A stretch of 64,000 nt of DNA from an uncultured Acidobacteriota bacterium (lineage in GTDB: Bacteria; Acidobacteriota; Polarisedimenticolia; J045). Numbering within the stretch: the first letter of the stretch is position 1; every line of letters begins with the position of its first letter. Shown here piece by piece: positions 1 through 9,891 of the stretch. A program made the translations under genes and the position numbers. The stretch is taken from positions 1 to 64,000 of the forward strand of contig CAVPCQ010000030.1 in NCBI GenBank assembly GCA_963702425.1, read 5' to 3'. The notes below the pieces were generated by a model. It was given only the letters and a program-made list of their open reading frames with translations. It was not told where the DNA came from and did no database searches.

Positions 1-257
1 TCGTCGCGGGGTGATGGGACGCCGGCGACTACGCGGCCACCTCCACGGTGGCGCAGCCGTCAAACGGCTTCGAGGTCCGCCGCGGCATCACGGCGCGCGC
101 CCGCGGCCGGGGCACGGCCTGCCCGTCTTCGCGCAACCCCCGGATGTGAAGCGTGATGGCGACCTGGCTGCAACGGAGGACGGTGTCGAGCGTTCTTGAT
201 GACCCGATCCGGTCGAGCGGCGCCAGCCACGGGAAGTTCCGGATGAGGAAGTCGAGT

Positions 258-410
258 GTTCACCTGCGGATCGGCTTCGTTCCGGCGTAGGTGCCGCCGC
301 GCCGGGATCAGCCGGCGCTTCGGGGCCATCGGCAAGCACGGCAGCATTGCACTCGTCGAGCGCCGCATCCGCACACTCGAGGAAGAGAGTGTGCGGCGCT
401 GGCTCGGGCC
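258..410 (+). mobile_element. Remnant of rve/DDE integrase (same family as 62532..63816)
   Basis: SFRRRCRRAGISRRFGAIGKHGSIALVERRIRTLEEESVRRWL aligns almost residue for residue with SFRRGCRRAGIRQRFGAIGKHGSIALVERCIRTLKDEGVRRWL at ~63390-63520. Only ~50 codons survive. Confidence 0.85.
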
Positions 411-664
411 CACGCGCGAGGTCGGGTTGCTGGCGGCGGCACCAGCGCGGCCAATCAGGCCACGAACTCCTCCGGCTCGAACACGAACGCCGTCGTCGTC
501 GAGGGCAGGCAGAACGAGCATCCCATGATGTCCGTGTCCCGCTTCATGCCCCTGTCCCTGGCCGCCTCGGCGAGGCGAAGAAATCCGCAAGGGAGATGTG
601 AGTGATAATGGAGAGTCTCCCGGCGCCGCGGGAGTCCGGTGACCACTGAAAGCGGGAGGCAACG

Positions 665-1168
665 ATGGGTACACGAGGGCGTGAGATCATCGGAATGGAC
701 GTCGAGCAGCTCCTGAAGCTGCTCAACCAGGCATACGCGAGCGAGTGGCTCGCCTACTACCAGTACTGGCTCGGCGCGAAGCTCATCAAGGGTCCGATGA
801 AGGACGCCGTCGCCGCCGAACTCAACCTGCACGCGACCGAGGAGCTGAACCACGCGGTCCTGCTGGCGAATCGCATCATCCAGCTCGGCGGCACGCCCGT
901 GCTCACGCCCGAGGGCTGGAGTGCGGTGAGCCCGTGCAAGTACGACGCGCCCGAGGACCCCTATGTCGCCGTGCTGCTCGACCAGAACATCGCCGGGGAG
1001 CAGTGCGCGATCACGACCTACAAGGGCCTGATGGACGCCACCAAGGACAAGGACATGGTGACCTACAACCTGGCGCTCACCATCCTCGAGCAGGAGGTCG
1101 AGCACGAGGAGGACCTGCAGAGCCTTCGGGAAGACCTCGAGCTGATGGTGGAACGAGGGAACAGGTGA
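665..1168 (+). CDS. DPS-like (DpsL) / bacterioferritin-related ferritin-like protein
   Basis: 167 aa with di-iron ligands (ASEWLAYYQY, EELNHA, GEQCA, EVEHEEDL) and a Cys pair (SPCKY, EQCAI) like the thioferritin motif. GGAGG RBS upstream. Confidence 0.85.
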   Translation: MGTRGREIIGMDVEQLLKLLNQAYASEWLAYYQYWLGAKLIKGPMKDAVAAELNLHATEELNHAVLLANRIIQLGGTPVLTPEGWSAVSPCKYDAPEDPYVAVLLDQNIAGEQCAITTYKGLMDATKDKDMVTYNLALTILEQEVEHEEDLQSLREDLELMVERGNR

Positions 1169-1399
1169 GCACGCCAAGCGGCGTGCCTGCAGGGAGAGCC
1201 GTCCGCAGGCGTCCCTCGGCCTGCGGCTGAGTGGCGGGCAGAGATGCTGCTGCGCTGGCGCTGATGCGGCGCCGGCCGCAGGGTGCGTGACGTTGGCGGG
1301 AAGGGCCTTACCCGCAGCGACGCTCTCCACCTCAGAGTCCGCGGCTCGAATCGCTCTTCTGACCCTCCGCTCCGGGTCGTCGCGCCGTGGCACAGCAGC

Positions 1400-3358
1400 T
1401 CAGCGCGGGGCGGGCTCCGTGCCGGCTCCGGCCCGATCGGGAGAGGCCAGCCTGCCGGCGCGCTTCCGGGCGAGCGCGGAGATCCTCGGGCTCGCCGCGC
1501 AATCGCGCGCGACGCCGAGCATCTCGGCTCTCCCGTCCTCCGTCCGGCCGAGGCGGACCAGCACGTCGGCGAGTTCGAGCCGCGCACCGCAGGCGGCGAG
1601 GGGCGGGACGCCAGCGAGGTGAAAGTCGGGGCGGGTCCCGGTTCGAGGGCGGTCAGGATCGGCGGCCAGATACCGCTGCATCCACTCCAGGGACTCCTCG
1701 GTACGCCCGTCCTCGAAGCTCGCCCGGGCCAGGCCGTGGATCCCCGACAGGTTCCACTCGACCGCGAGCCCTCGCGCTTCCGCCACGACGCGGTAGTGCG
1801 CATACGCGTCGTCGAAGCGCTTCGCTTCCATGAGCAGGTCGGCGAGGCGAAGGCGGGACGTCACGTCCTCGCCATCCTCGCGCACGGCCTGCTCGGCGAA
1901 GTCGAGCGCGGCCGGAAGGTCTGCCCGGCGCTCGGCGACCGTGGAGAGGTAGAACAACTCGGATGGGGGAAGCGTCGGCCGTGCAGGGATCGTGAAGTAT
2001 CCGACGACTGCGAAGACGGCCGCGGTGCCGAGCGCCGCGAACCGCTCGCGCCGCGACACGTCCCGCCACGACCCGGCGGCTCGTGCGATCCCGGCTGTTC
2101 CGACGGGAAGTGTGAGCAGGATCGCCGCCAGCCGGTAGCGATCGGTGTTGAAGAAGAGCACGGGGGTCAAGGCCCACGCGCCCGCGAGCACCAGCGGCGG
2201 TGCGATCCCTGCGACGCGCCGGGAGCACGCGAGGACCAGGCCACCCGCGATGACGGGCCACACGAGCAGGAAAGGGAGTCCGAACGCACTCCCGAAAGGC
2301 ATGAGCGCGGCCAGGAGCGGCGAGTGGTGCCGGGCGTCTTCGGTCCGCTGCTCGTTCGAGATCTCGAACCCGCTGAACAGCAGGAGCACCTTGGTACCCA
2401 CCCTCCCGACGGCCCCGATCGGGTCCGAGAGGGCCGCCGTCACGGCCTGCCCCACGAAGAAACGCTGGTGATCCGCGCCGCGCGGGGTGCCGAGGTCCTC
2501 CGGGGTGCGAATGAGCCTCGTCCATGTGATCGCGGGGGTCCAGTTGCCCCCCGCCGGGTCGAACCCGGGATCGTTCCCCATGAAGAGGTTGATCCCACCG
2601 TTCCAGGAGATGAGCACGGGGTCGCGCTCGAGAACCGCGTTGCGGAACGTGACCGGTGCGATGACGACCGCGGCCGGCAGTGCCACGAGCATCAGCGCGC
2701 GAGCCGGCCCGATGCGGGGCCACGCTCCCCCTCGGGCGCGAAGCGCCGCGTAGGCCGCGGCGGCGGCGAGGGGCAGGAGCCCGTTGGTTCGCGAGATCGA
2801 GGCCAGGCCCAAGAGCAGGCCTGTCGCGCAGAGCGCTCGCGAGGGCTCGGCGTCGCGACTCGCCCGAAGCAGCAGCGCCGCGGATCCCAGCAGCAGCGCC
2901 GCCACGAGCGACACGTCGAGCAACGCGGCGTCGAGGTACACCGCGGTGCCGTACAGCGCCGCCGTCATCCCGGCGATCCACGCGGCCCTCCTGCCGGCGA
3001 GGCGGTCCGCGACGAGCGCCACGAGGTAGACCGCGACGGTGCCGGAGAGAACAGACAAGCAGCGTCCGGCGACGATGGCACCCTCGGGGCCGAAGATCGC
3101 GATGAGCACGGCGAGCAGATAGGAGTAGAGCGGTCCCTTGTAGAACGCGCCGATGCCGGAGAGCAGCACGTCGTGGTCCAGGACCAGCGTGGCCTCGTGG
3201 AAGTGGAACCACGAATCCGCCACGGGGTGCAGGAACAGGGGGTCTCTCGCCGCGAGGCTGCCGAGGTGCACCGCCCGCACGACGGCCCCGATCGCGGTGG
3301 GAACGATCAGGTGCAGCGGAGGGCCGGCGGGTGGCCCCGAGGTCGACGATTCGCTCAT
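1400..3358 (-). CDS. GT-C (PMT/ArnT-like) multi-pass membrane glycosyltransferase with C-terminal TPR repeats
   Basis: Many TM segments; PVADSWFH, FYKGPLYSYLLA, SWNGGINLFMGN and FFNTDRYRL motifs; TPR-like helices at the C-terminus. Start placed at MSESS. Confidence 0.75.
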   Translation of the reverse strand: MSESSTSGPPAGPPLHLIVPTAIGAVVRAVHLGSLAARDPLFLHPVADSWFHFHEATLVLDHDVLLSGIGAFYKGPLYSYLLAVLIAIFGPEGAIVAGRCLSVLSGTVAVYLVALVADRLAGRRAAWIAGMTAALYGTAVYLDAALLDVSLVAALLLGSAALLLRASRDAEPSRALCATGLLLGLASISRTNGLLPLAAAAAYAALRARGGAWPRIGPARALMLVALPAAVVIAPVTFRNAVLERDPVLISWNGGINLFMGNDPGFDPAGGNWTPAITWTRLIRTPEDLGTPRGADHQRFFVGQAVTAALSDPIGAVGRVGTKVLLLFSGFEISNEQRTEDARHHSPLLAALMPFGSAFGLPFLLVWPVIAGGLVLACSRRVAGIAPPLVLAGAWALTPVLFFNTDRYRLAAILLTLPVGTAGIARAAGSWRDVSRRERFAALGTAAVFAVVGYFTIPARPTLPPSELFYLSTVAERRADLPAALDFAEQAVREDGEDVTSRLRLADLLMEAKRFDDAYAHYRVVAEARGLAVEWNLSGIHGLARASFEDGRTEESLEWMQRYLAADPDRPRTGTRPDFHLAGVPPLAACGARLELADVLVRLGRTEDGRAEMLGVARDCAASPRISALARKRAGRLASPDRAGAGTEPAPR

Positions 3359-3835
3359 CGGTGGGCGACCCCGCGCGTCCGGCGCAGCAGGTCGACGACC
3401 TCGCGCACGGCGCCACGGCCCCCCTGTCGCACGGTGTAGTGTGCCGGCGATTCTCGGGATCTCTCTCCGCGTCTCCATGTCCCATCCCTGCAGAGACCAA
3501 TCATACTCCGCAGCGTGGTCGGGGATGGGAGTGGTTGTAGCGGGCCAGCCACAGTGGGAGATGGATGTCGAAGTTGTCCTGCCGGTCGCCCGCATGGCGC
3601 GCCGCCACGCCGGTCAGCGGGCGGCGCGGCGCGTTGACCAGCAGCACCACGACCTCGAAGGCGACGAGGCCGATCAGCACGCCGGCGAGCGTGAACCGTC
3701 CGCTCGAGGTGGCGACGCAGCCCGGCAGATCCGGAACCGACGCTCCCCCGTCGCTGCCGGCGGCCATCGTGATCCGAGCCGGGGAGTGGTACTTCGTCGT
3801 CGTCCACCTCGCTTCAGCGCTGCCAGCTTGCGAGA

Positions 3836-4903
3836 TCACAGATCCAGCAGCGCCCGGTACCCCGCCTCCCACGCCGGCCACTCGTAGCGCGCCGCCAGCC
3901 CCCGCAGGTCCTGGCCCCGCACGGCGTCGATCGCCTGGATCCGCCGCGCGAGCGCCTCGACCAGCCCCCCCTCGCGGTACAGGTGCCCGGCCGGGAACAG
4001 CTCCGGGTACGACAGCCGGTCCGGCAGCACCGGGAAGCACCCGGCGCGCACCGCCTCCAGGACGGCGACACCGAAGAACTCGTGGAGCGCGGTCGAGACC
4101 ACCAGGTCGCACGAGGCAGCCAGTTCCAGGTAGGCCCGCCGCGACTCGACGAACCCCCAGTGCACGATCCGCGGCCCCAGCCGCTCGCGCGCCGCGTCGA
4201 AGATCGGCGGACGCTCGGCGAACGACTCCCCCGCCACCGCGACCTCGAACGGCAGCCCGGCGTCGGCCAGCCGAAACAGCGCCTCGAAGAACTCCTCCGG
4301 GTTCTTGTCGTGCTCCCAGCGGTGGTTCCAGAGGATCCGCGCCGGCCCGGCCCGCGCCGGCCGCGGCAGATCCGCGAACTCCTCCGGCTCGAGCGGCACC
4401 GGCAGCACGCGCGAGCGCTCCGCGATCCGCTCGGCGACGTGCTCCGGCCGGTAATCGGGGAACTTCTTCAGGAAGCCGGGGATCGCGCCCAGGAACGAGT
4501 CGCGGTTGTAGGCGCTGTTGAACGCCACGCGGTCGGCCGCCAGCGCGGTGGTCACGTTGCTCAGCGCGAAGTGGAAGTCCCACTCCTTCTCCAGCCGCGC
4601 CGGGTAGACGAACTGGTTCTCGTGGAAGTAGACGACCTTCAGCGCGTCGCGCGCCCAGCGCGGTCCCAGCGCCAGGAAGTCCGGCAGCGCCAGGTAGGCC
4701 GACGCGAACAGCACCTCCGCCGGCGGCGCGCCGGCCAGCGCGTCGGCCGCCCAGAGCGCCGCGCCGCGCATCCGCCATTTCCACTTGCGCGGCGTCATCG
4801 TCAGCAGGCGGAAGTCGAACGGCAGGCGCCGGACCATTCCGTCCACGAGCCGGGCGTGAGACTCGCCGTGGTACGGCTCGATCAGCTGGACGGTCGGCGG
4901 CAC
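3836..4903 (-). CDS. DUF3524 / GTDC1(QTMAN)-like GT-B glycosyltransferase
   Basis: EPYHGESH, RKWKWRMRGAA, YFHENQFVYP, LWNHRWEHDKNPEEFF and HEFFGVAVLEA motifs typical of the GTDC1 family. Confidence 0.85.
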   Translation of the reverse strand: MPPTVQLIEPYHGESHARLVDGMVRRLPFDFRLLTMTPRKWKWRMRGAALWAADALAGAPPAEVLFASAYLALPDFLALGPRWARDALKVVYFHENQFVYPARLEKEWDFHFALSNVTTALAADRVAFNSAYNRDSFLGAIPGFLKKFPDYRPEHVAERIAERSRVLPVPLEPEEFADLPRPARAGPARILWNHRWEHDKNPEEFFEALFRLADAGLPFEVAVAGESFAERPPIFDAARERLGPRIVHWGFVESRRAYLELAASCDLVVSTALHEFFGVAVLEAVRAGCFPVLPDRLSYPELFPAGHLYREGGLVEALARRIQAIDAVRGQDLRGLAARYEWPAWEAGYRALLDL

Positions 4904-4919
4904 GCGCCGGCAGCCCCCC

Positions 4920-5966
4920 TCAGGGCCGCGAGAACCGCAGGGCGGTGTCGACCTTCGCGGGCGGCACGGCGGCGCCGTCCACCGCCGCCAGCGGCCAGGC
5001 GACGATCTCCTGCTTCGGCCCCGGGTACTCGGGGACCTTCACGTCGCGGCCGAGCGCGACCTGCGCCCGGTGCTCGTCGATCGCGCCGAAGTAGACCTCG
5101 GCCGCGTCCGGGTAGCGTTTCCCGGCGACGACGTCGATCGGCAGCCACCCCTTCCCTTCGAGCCGGATCTCGGCCCAGGCCTCGTCGGAGACCAGCGAGC
5201 CTTCCTTCGCGGCGGGCGGCAGGACGAAGCCCGAGACGTAGCGCGCCGGGACGCCGACGCTCCGCGCCTCGCCGACGAACAGCGCGACCAGGTCCCGCGG
5301 CCCGCCGGCCTTCGCGTCGAGCACTGAGGCCGCGTCGCCGGCGCCCCAGCTCTCGCCGGTCGGGTCGAGCTTCGCGCCCGCCATCAGCGCGTCGTACAGC
5401 CGCTTCGCCTTCACCACGGGATCGGTCGCGTCGCCGACCGCCGCGCGGGCCGCGGTCGCGACCGCGCCGTCGACCGGCGTCCGCGGGTCGGCGGCCATCC
5501 AGCGCTCGGCCGGGACGCGGCTCCCCTGGCCGGTGAGCGGCGCGGCACCGCGGTAGCCCTTGCGCAGGACGGTGAAGGCCACGGTGACCGGCGCGGTCGT
5601 CCCGCCTTCCGGCGGCGGGGTCAGCTCGAGCACCAGGAAGCGCGTGCCGTACGGGTCGTCGCTGACGAAGCGCATCGTGGTTGCGGCCGGATCGATCCGC
5701 GGATTGCTCACTTCCTGGAGTTCGGTCGACATCGGCATCGGCAGCCAGACCCGCACTGACTTCGCTCCGGCCGGGACGTCCTTGATCCGAACGTCGTAGG
5801 TCAGCACGAACTCGCGCACCGTCACCGCTCGGGCCGGGCCGAACTCCCGGGCCGCGGTCGGGGTTGCGGCCGGTGCCGCGACCGGTACAGCGGCTGGCGC
5901 GGCGGCGGGCGCGGCGGCCAGCAGGGAGAGGGCGAGCGGAACGGCAGCGAGCAGGCGCATCGGCAA
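4920..5966 (-). CDS. Secreted transglutaminase-like domain protein, catalytic residues degenerate
   Basis: Signal peptide; VRVWLPMP, ARSVGVPARYVSGF and AWAEIRLEGKGWLPID motifs. The catalytic GxCxD reads GGPRD and HxW reads EAW. Confidence 0.75.
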   Translation of the reverse strand: MPMRLLAAVPLALSLLAAAPAAAPAAVPVAAPAATPTAAREFGPARAVTVREFVLTYDVRIKDVPAGAKSVRVWLPMPMSTELQEVSNPRIDPAATTMRFVSDDPYGTRFLVLELTPPPEGGTTAPVTVAFTVLRKGYRGAAPLTGQGSRVPAERWMAADPRTPVDGAVATAARAAVGDATDPVVKAKRLYDALMAGAKLDPTGESWGAGDAASVLDAKAGGPRDLVALFVGEARSVGVPARYVSGFVLPPAAKEGSLVSDEAWAEIRLEGKGWLPIDVVAGKRYPDAAEVYFGAIDEHRAQVALGRDVKVPEYPGPKQEIVAWPLAAVDGAAVPPAKVDTALRFSRP

Positions 5967-5987
5967 CCTCCGGGACGACGTCAGAGA

Positions 5988-7512
5988 CTACCCGAGCGGC
6001 CCGACCTCCGCCTCGACCGCCTCCAGCACCGCACAGCCGGCCACTGCGGCCATCATCGCGTTGTGGTCCGGGAAGAGCGGCCGGTCCTCGCCGAGGTGCG
6101 CGACGACCTTGCGCACCGCGCCGTGCGCCGCCTTCACGCCGCGCCCGAAGCCGTGCTCGCGGAAGTCGAGCGCCTGCGCCGCGCCGATGAACTCGATCGC
6201 CAGCACGCCGTGCGCGTTCTTCAGGATCTGCACCGCCTTGAGCGCACCATTCATCCCCATGCTGACGAAATCCTCCTGGTCCGCGGCGGCCGGGATCGAC
6301 TGCGTGCACGACGGCGTGGACAGGATCCGCTGCTCGACGATCAGCATGTCGGCGGTGTACTGGCTCAGCATCAGGCCGGAGAACATCCCGGCGTTCGCGG
6401 TCAGGAAGGGCGGCAGGCCGACCGACAGCGCGGGGTTGAGCAGCCGGTTGAGCCTCCGCTCGGAGAGCACCGAGACCATCGTCACCGCCGCCGCCGCCAT
6501 GTCGAGCGGCAGGCTGATCGGCGAGCCCTGGAAGTTGGCGCCGGTGTAGACGCGGTCCTCCTCGGGCACGAAGATCGGGTTGTCGGCGACGCCGTTCAGC
6601 TCGGTCTCGAGCTGTGCGCGCGCCCAGCGCAGCGCGTCGCGCAGTGCGCCGATCACCTGCGGCGTCGAGCGCATCGAGTAGGCGTCCTGCACCTTGGTCT
6701 TGAGCTTGCCGATGAGCAGGTCGGAGCCGTCCAGCACCGCGCGCAGGTTGGCCGCGCAGGCGACCGCGCCGGGGAAGCCGCGCAGCTCGTGCAGCTTCGA
6801 CTGGTAGGGCTTGAGGTTCGCGATCAGCGCCTCGAGCGTCATCGCCGCGGCGATCTCGGCCTGCTTCGTCCAGCGCAGCGCGTCGTAGAGGAACAGGCAG
6901 CCGATCCCGGTGATCAGGTTGCTGCCGTTGATCGCCGCCAGGCCGTCGCGGGCCTGCAGCCCCGGCACCGGGAACTCCGGCCCGCTCCATCGCCACGCGG
7001 GTCGTCATCCGCTCGCCGTTCCAGAAACACTCCCCCTCGCCCATCAGCGAGAGCGCGAGCTGGCTCATCGGGGCGAGGTCGCCGCAGGCTCCGACGCTGC
7101 CCTTCTCGCAGACCACCGGCGTGATCCCGGCGTTGAGCAGCGCGACGTAGGTCCCGGTGATCTCGGGCCGGCAGGCCGAGTGGCCGTTGGCGTGGACGTT
7201 GATGCGCGACAGCATCGCGGCCCGCACGTGCTCGACCGGCGCCGGCTCGCCGATCCCCGCGGCGTGGTTGTAGATGAGATAGCGCTGGAACTGCGCGACC
7301 TCCTCGTCGTTCAGCACGATCTCCGACATCTCGCCGATCCCGGTGTTGGTGCCGTACATCACCTCGCGCGCGTCGAGCTTGCGCTGCAGCATCGCGCGGC
7401 AGGTCTTGATCCGCTCGAGCGCGGCAGGGTCGAGCTCGACGCGCTCGCCGTGCCGCGCGACGCGGACGACGTCTTCGATCGACAGGGTCTTGCCGGTGAT
7501 GCGGACGGGCAT
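5988..7512 (-). CDS. hutH: MIO-dependent aromatic amino acid ammonia-lyase (HutH/PAL/TAL family); one frameshift at ~6970
   Basis: YGTNTGIG, GSVGACGDLAP, GLAAING, VQDAYSMRSTPQVIG, DNP, GANFQG and QEDFVSMG motifs. The N-terminal half lies in the 4882..10494 frame and the C-terminal half in 5988..6968. Substrate is not certain. Confidence 0.85.
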
Positions 7513-7698
7513 GGGATCCCTCGGCGGGCCGGGGTGGCGGGGGCGTGATTGTAGCCGAGGTGCGCGCTGGAAGGGGCCGGCGACGGAGCGCCCGCCCCTG
7601 GCCTGGCCCTGCGCCCGCGGCGGCGCTCCCGTCCCGGCGACCCGTCGCGCCGGGGCGCCGGCACCCGCGACGCTCGCCTCCGCTACACTCCCTCCTCC

Positions 7699-9804
7699 AT
7701 GGCCGTCCTCCCGACCTCGCTCGATGCTGCCCTCGCCGCCGCCTTCGGCCACGGCGCCTTCCGCCCCGGCCAGCGCGAGGCCGCCGAAGCGCTCTACGCC
7801 GGGCGCGACGTCGTGGCGGTCATGCCGACCGGCGCCGGCAAGTCGCTCTGCTACCAGCTCCCCGCGCTGCTGCTGGACGGCGTGACGCTGGTCGTCTCGC
7901 CGCTGATCGCGCTGATGAAGGACCAGGTCGACGCGCTGTCCGCGAAGGGGCTCGCCGCCGCGGCGCTGCACTCCGGCCAGGGGCCTGCGGAGCGCGCGGC
8001 GGCCGAGCGCGCGCTGGCCGACGGCGCGCTGCGGCTGCTCTACGTCGCGCCCGAGCGGCTCGCCGCGCCGGGTTTCCTGGCGCGGCTCGAGGCGCTGCGC
8101 GTCGCCCGGCTGGTCGTCGACGAGGCCCACTGCATCAGCGCCTGGGGCCACGACTTCCGCCCCGACTACCTGCGGCTCGGCCCGCTGCGCGCGCAGCTCG
8201 GCGTGCCGGCCGGGGCCTTCACCGCGACCGCCACGCCCGACGTGCGGGCCGACATTGCGCGCCAGCTGGCGCTCGACGACCCGCTCGAAGTGGTCACCGG
8301 CTTCGAGCGCCCGAACCTCTCGCTGGCGGTCGTCCCGGTCCGCACGCGCGCCGAGAAGCACCGCGAGCTGGCCCGCGTCGTGCGCGCCGCCGGGACGCCG
8401 GGGATCGTCTATGCGGCGACGCGCAAGGCGGTCGACGAGTGGGCCCACGCGCTGGGCGCGCTGGGCCTCACCGCCGGGGCCTATCACGGCGGCGTGGCCG
8501 ACGCCGAGCGGGTGCGGGTGCAGGACGCCTTCCTGGCGGGGGAGCTGGACGCGATCGCCGCCACCAACGCCTTCGGGATGGGGATCGACAAGCCGGACAT
8601 CCGCTTCGTCGTGCACGCCGACATCCCGGGGGGCGTCGAGGCCTACTACCAGGAAGCGGGCCGGGCCGGGCGCGACGGCCAGCCGGCGCGCTGCGAGCTG
8701 CTCTTCTCGCCGGCCGACATCCGCACGCAGGAGTTCTTCCTCGAGGGCTCGAACCCCGACCAGGCGACCCTGCGGCGCACCTGGGAGCTGCTCGCCGGCT
8801 GCGAAAGCGAGGAGGACTTCGAGTCGCTCGGGACCCGCGCCGGGCGGACCGCGGCGGAGTCGATGGCCGCGGCGACCGCGGTGCGCTTGCTGCGCCAGGC
8901 GGCCGAGGCGCGCGGCGTGGCGCCAGGCCAGGGGCCGCTGCCGCTGGACCTCGACGCGCGCGCGGAGAAGGCGCGGCGCGACCGTCAACGACTGGACGCG
9001 ATCGTGCGCTACGCCTTCCACCGTGCCTGCCGGACGCGCTACATCTACGACTACTTCGCCGGTGCGGCGCGGGGCGGCGTCGCGCCGCGCTGCGGCGCCT
9101 GCGACGTCTGCTCGGGCGAGCGCACGGCGCCGGTGCGGCCGCTCAGCGACGCCGAGTACGAGCGGGTGCGGATCGCGCTCTCGGCGGTCGCACGGCTCGA
9201 CGGCCGCTTCGGCGGAGAGGTCATCGCGCTGGTGCTGTCGGGAAGCTGCGACCGAAAGGTCGTCGACCGCGGGCTCGACGCGCTGCCGACGCACGGCCGG
9301 CTGGCGGCGCTGCCGCTCCCGGCGATCCGCGAGCTGCTCGACGTGCTCGTCTCGGCCGGGCTGGTGGAGCGGCGCGCGATCGCCGGGGCCCGCGCCGGGG
9401 CCGCGGTGCTCGGCCTCGCGCCGGAAGGGGCGCGCGTGATGAAGGGCGAGGTGCGGCCGGAGCTGCCGTTCCCGGCACCGCGCCTCCCCGCCGAACCGCC
9501 GCCACCCCGGGCGCGCCGCCGCGGCGCGCCGCGCGAGGCCGCGCCCGGCCTGCCCGGCGCGGCTGCCGAGGCACCCGACCCGGCCCTGCTCGCCCGGCTG
9601 AAGGAGTGGCGCCGCGGCCGCGCCGCCGCGGCTCGTACCCCGGCGTACACCGTCTTCCACGACAGCGTGCTGGAGGAGATCGCGCGTCGCCGGCCGGGCA
9701 GCCTCGAATCGCTGGCCCGCGTGAAGGGGGTCGGCCCGGCGAAGCTCGACCGCTACGGCGCCGAGCTGCTGGGCCTGATCACGGAACGGGGACAGCAACC
9801 GTAG
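7699..9804 (+). CDS. recQ: ATP-dependent DNA helicase RecQ
   Basis: MPTGAGKSLCYQ, VDEAHCISAWGHDFRPDY and QEAGRAGRDG motifs, Zn-binding Cys, RQC and C-terminal HRDC (PAYTVFHD). Confidence 0.95.
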   Translation: MAVLPTSLDAALAAAFGHGAFRPGQREAAEALYAGRDVVAVMPTGAGKSLCYQLPALLLDGVTLVVSPLIALMKDQVDALSAKGLAAAALHSGQGPAERAAAERALADGALRLLYVAPERLAAPGFLARLEALRVARLVVDEAHCISAWGHDFRPDYLRLGPLRAQLGVPAGAFTATATPDVRADIARQLALDDPLEVVTGFERPNLSLAVVPVRTRAEKHRELARVVRAAGTPGIVYAATRKAVDEWAHALGALGLTAGAYHGGVADAERVRVQDAFLAGELDAIAATNAFGMGIDKPDIRFVVHADIPGGVEAYYQEAGRAGRDGQPARCELLFSPADIRTQEFFLEGSNPDQATLRRTWELLAGCESEEDFESLGTRAGRTAAESMAAATAVRLLRQAAEARGVAPGQGPLPLDLDARAEKARRDRQRLDAIVRYAFHRACRTRYIYDYFAGAARGGVAPRCGACDVCSGERTAPVRPLSDAEYERVRIALSAVARLDGRFGGEVIALVLSGSCDRKVVDRGLDALPTHGRLAALPLPAIRELLDVLVSAGLVERRAIAGARAGAAVLGLAPEGARVMKGEVRPELPFPAPRLPAEPPPPRARRRGAPREAAPGLPGAAAEAPDPALLARLKEWRRGRAAAARTPAYTVFHDSVLEEIARRRPGSLESLARVKGVGPAKLDRYGAELLGLITERGQQP

Positions 9805-9891
9805 GGCGGTGAGCCGGCGGAATCGGCCGCTGCCCCCGATGTCCGGTATCCTTCCCCCCAAGTGACCGCGCGCCGCCCCGGAGGTGACCCG

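Noticed and set aside
1330-1360. Short resemblance (GAGTCCGC...AATCGCT) to the reverse complement of the cassette repeat end
   Set aside because: The match is too short and gapped to distinguish from chance in GC-rich DNA.
9801-9838. GTAG-initiated hairpin at the recQ stop as another REP copy
   Set aside because: It starts GTAGGGCGG and can fold, but it does not match the CTCCGTG-loop consensus. It may be a plain terminator-like hairpin.
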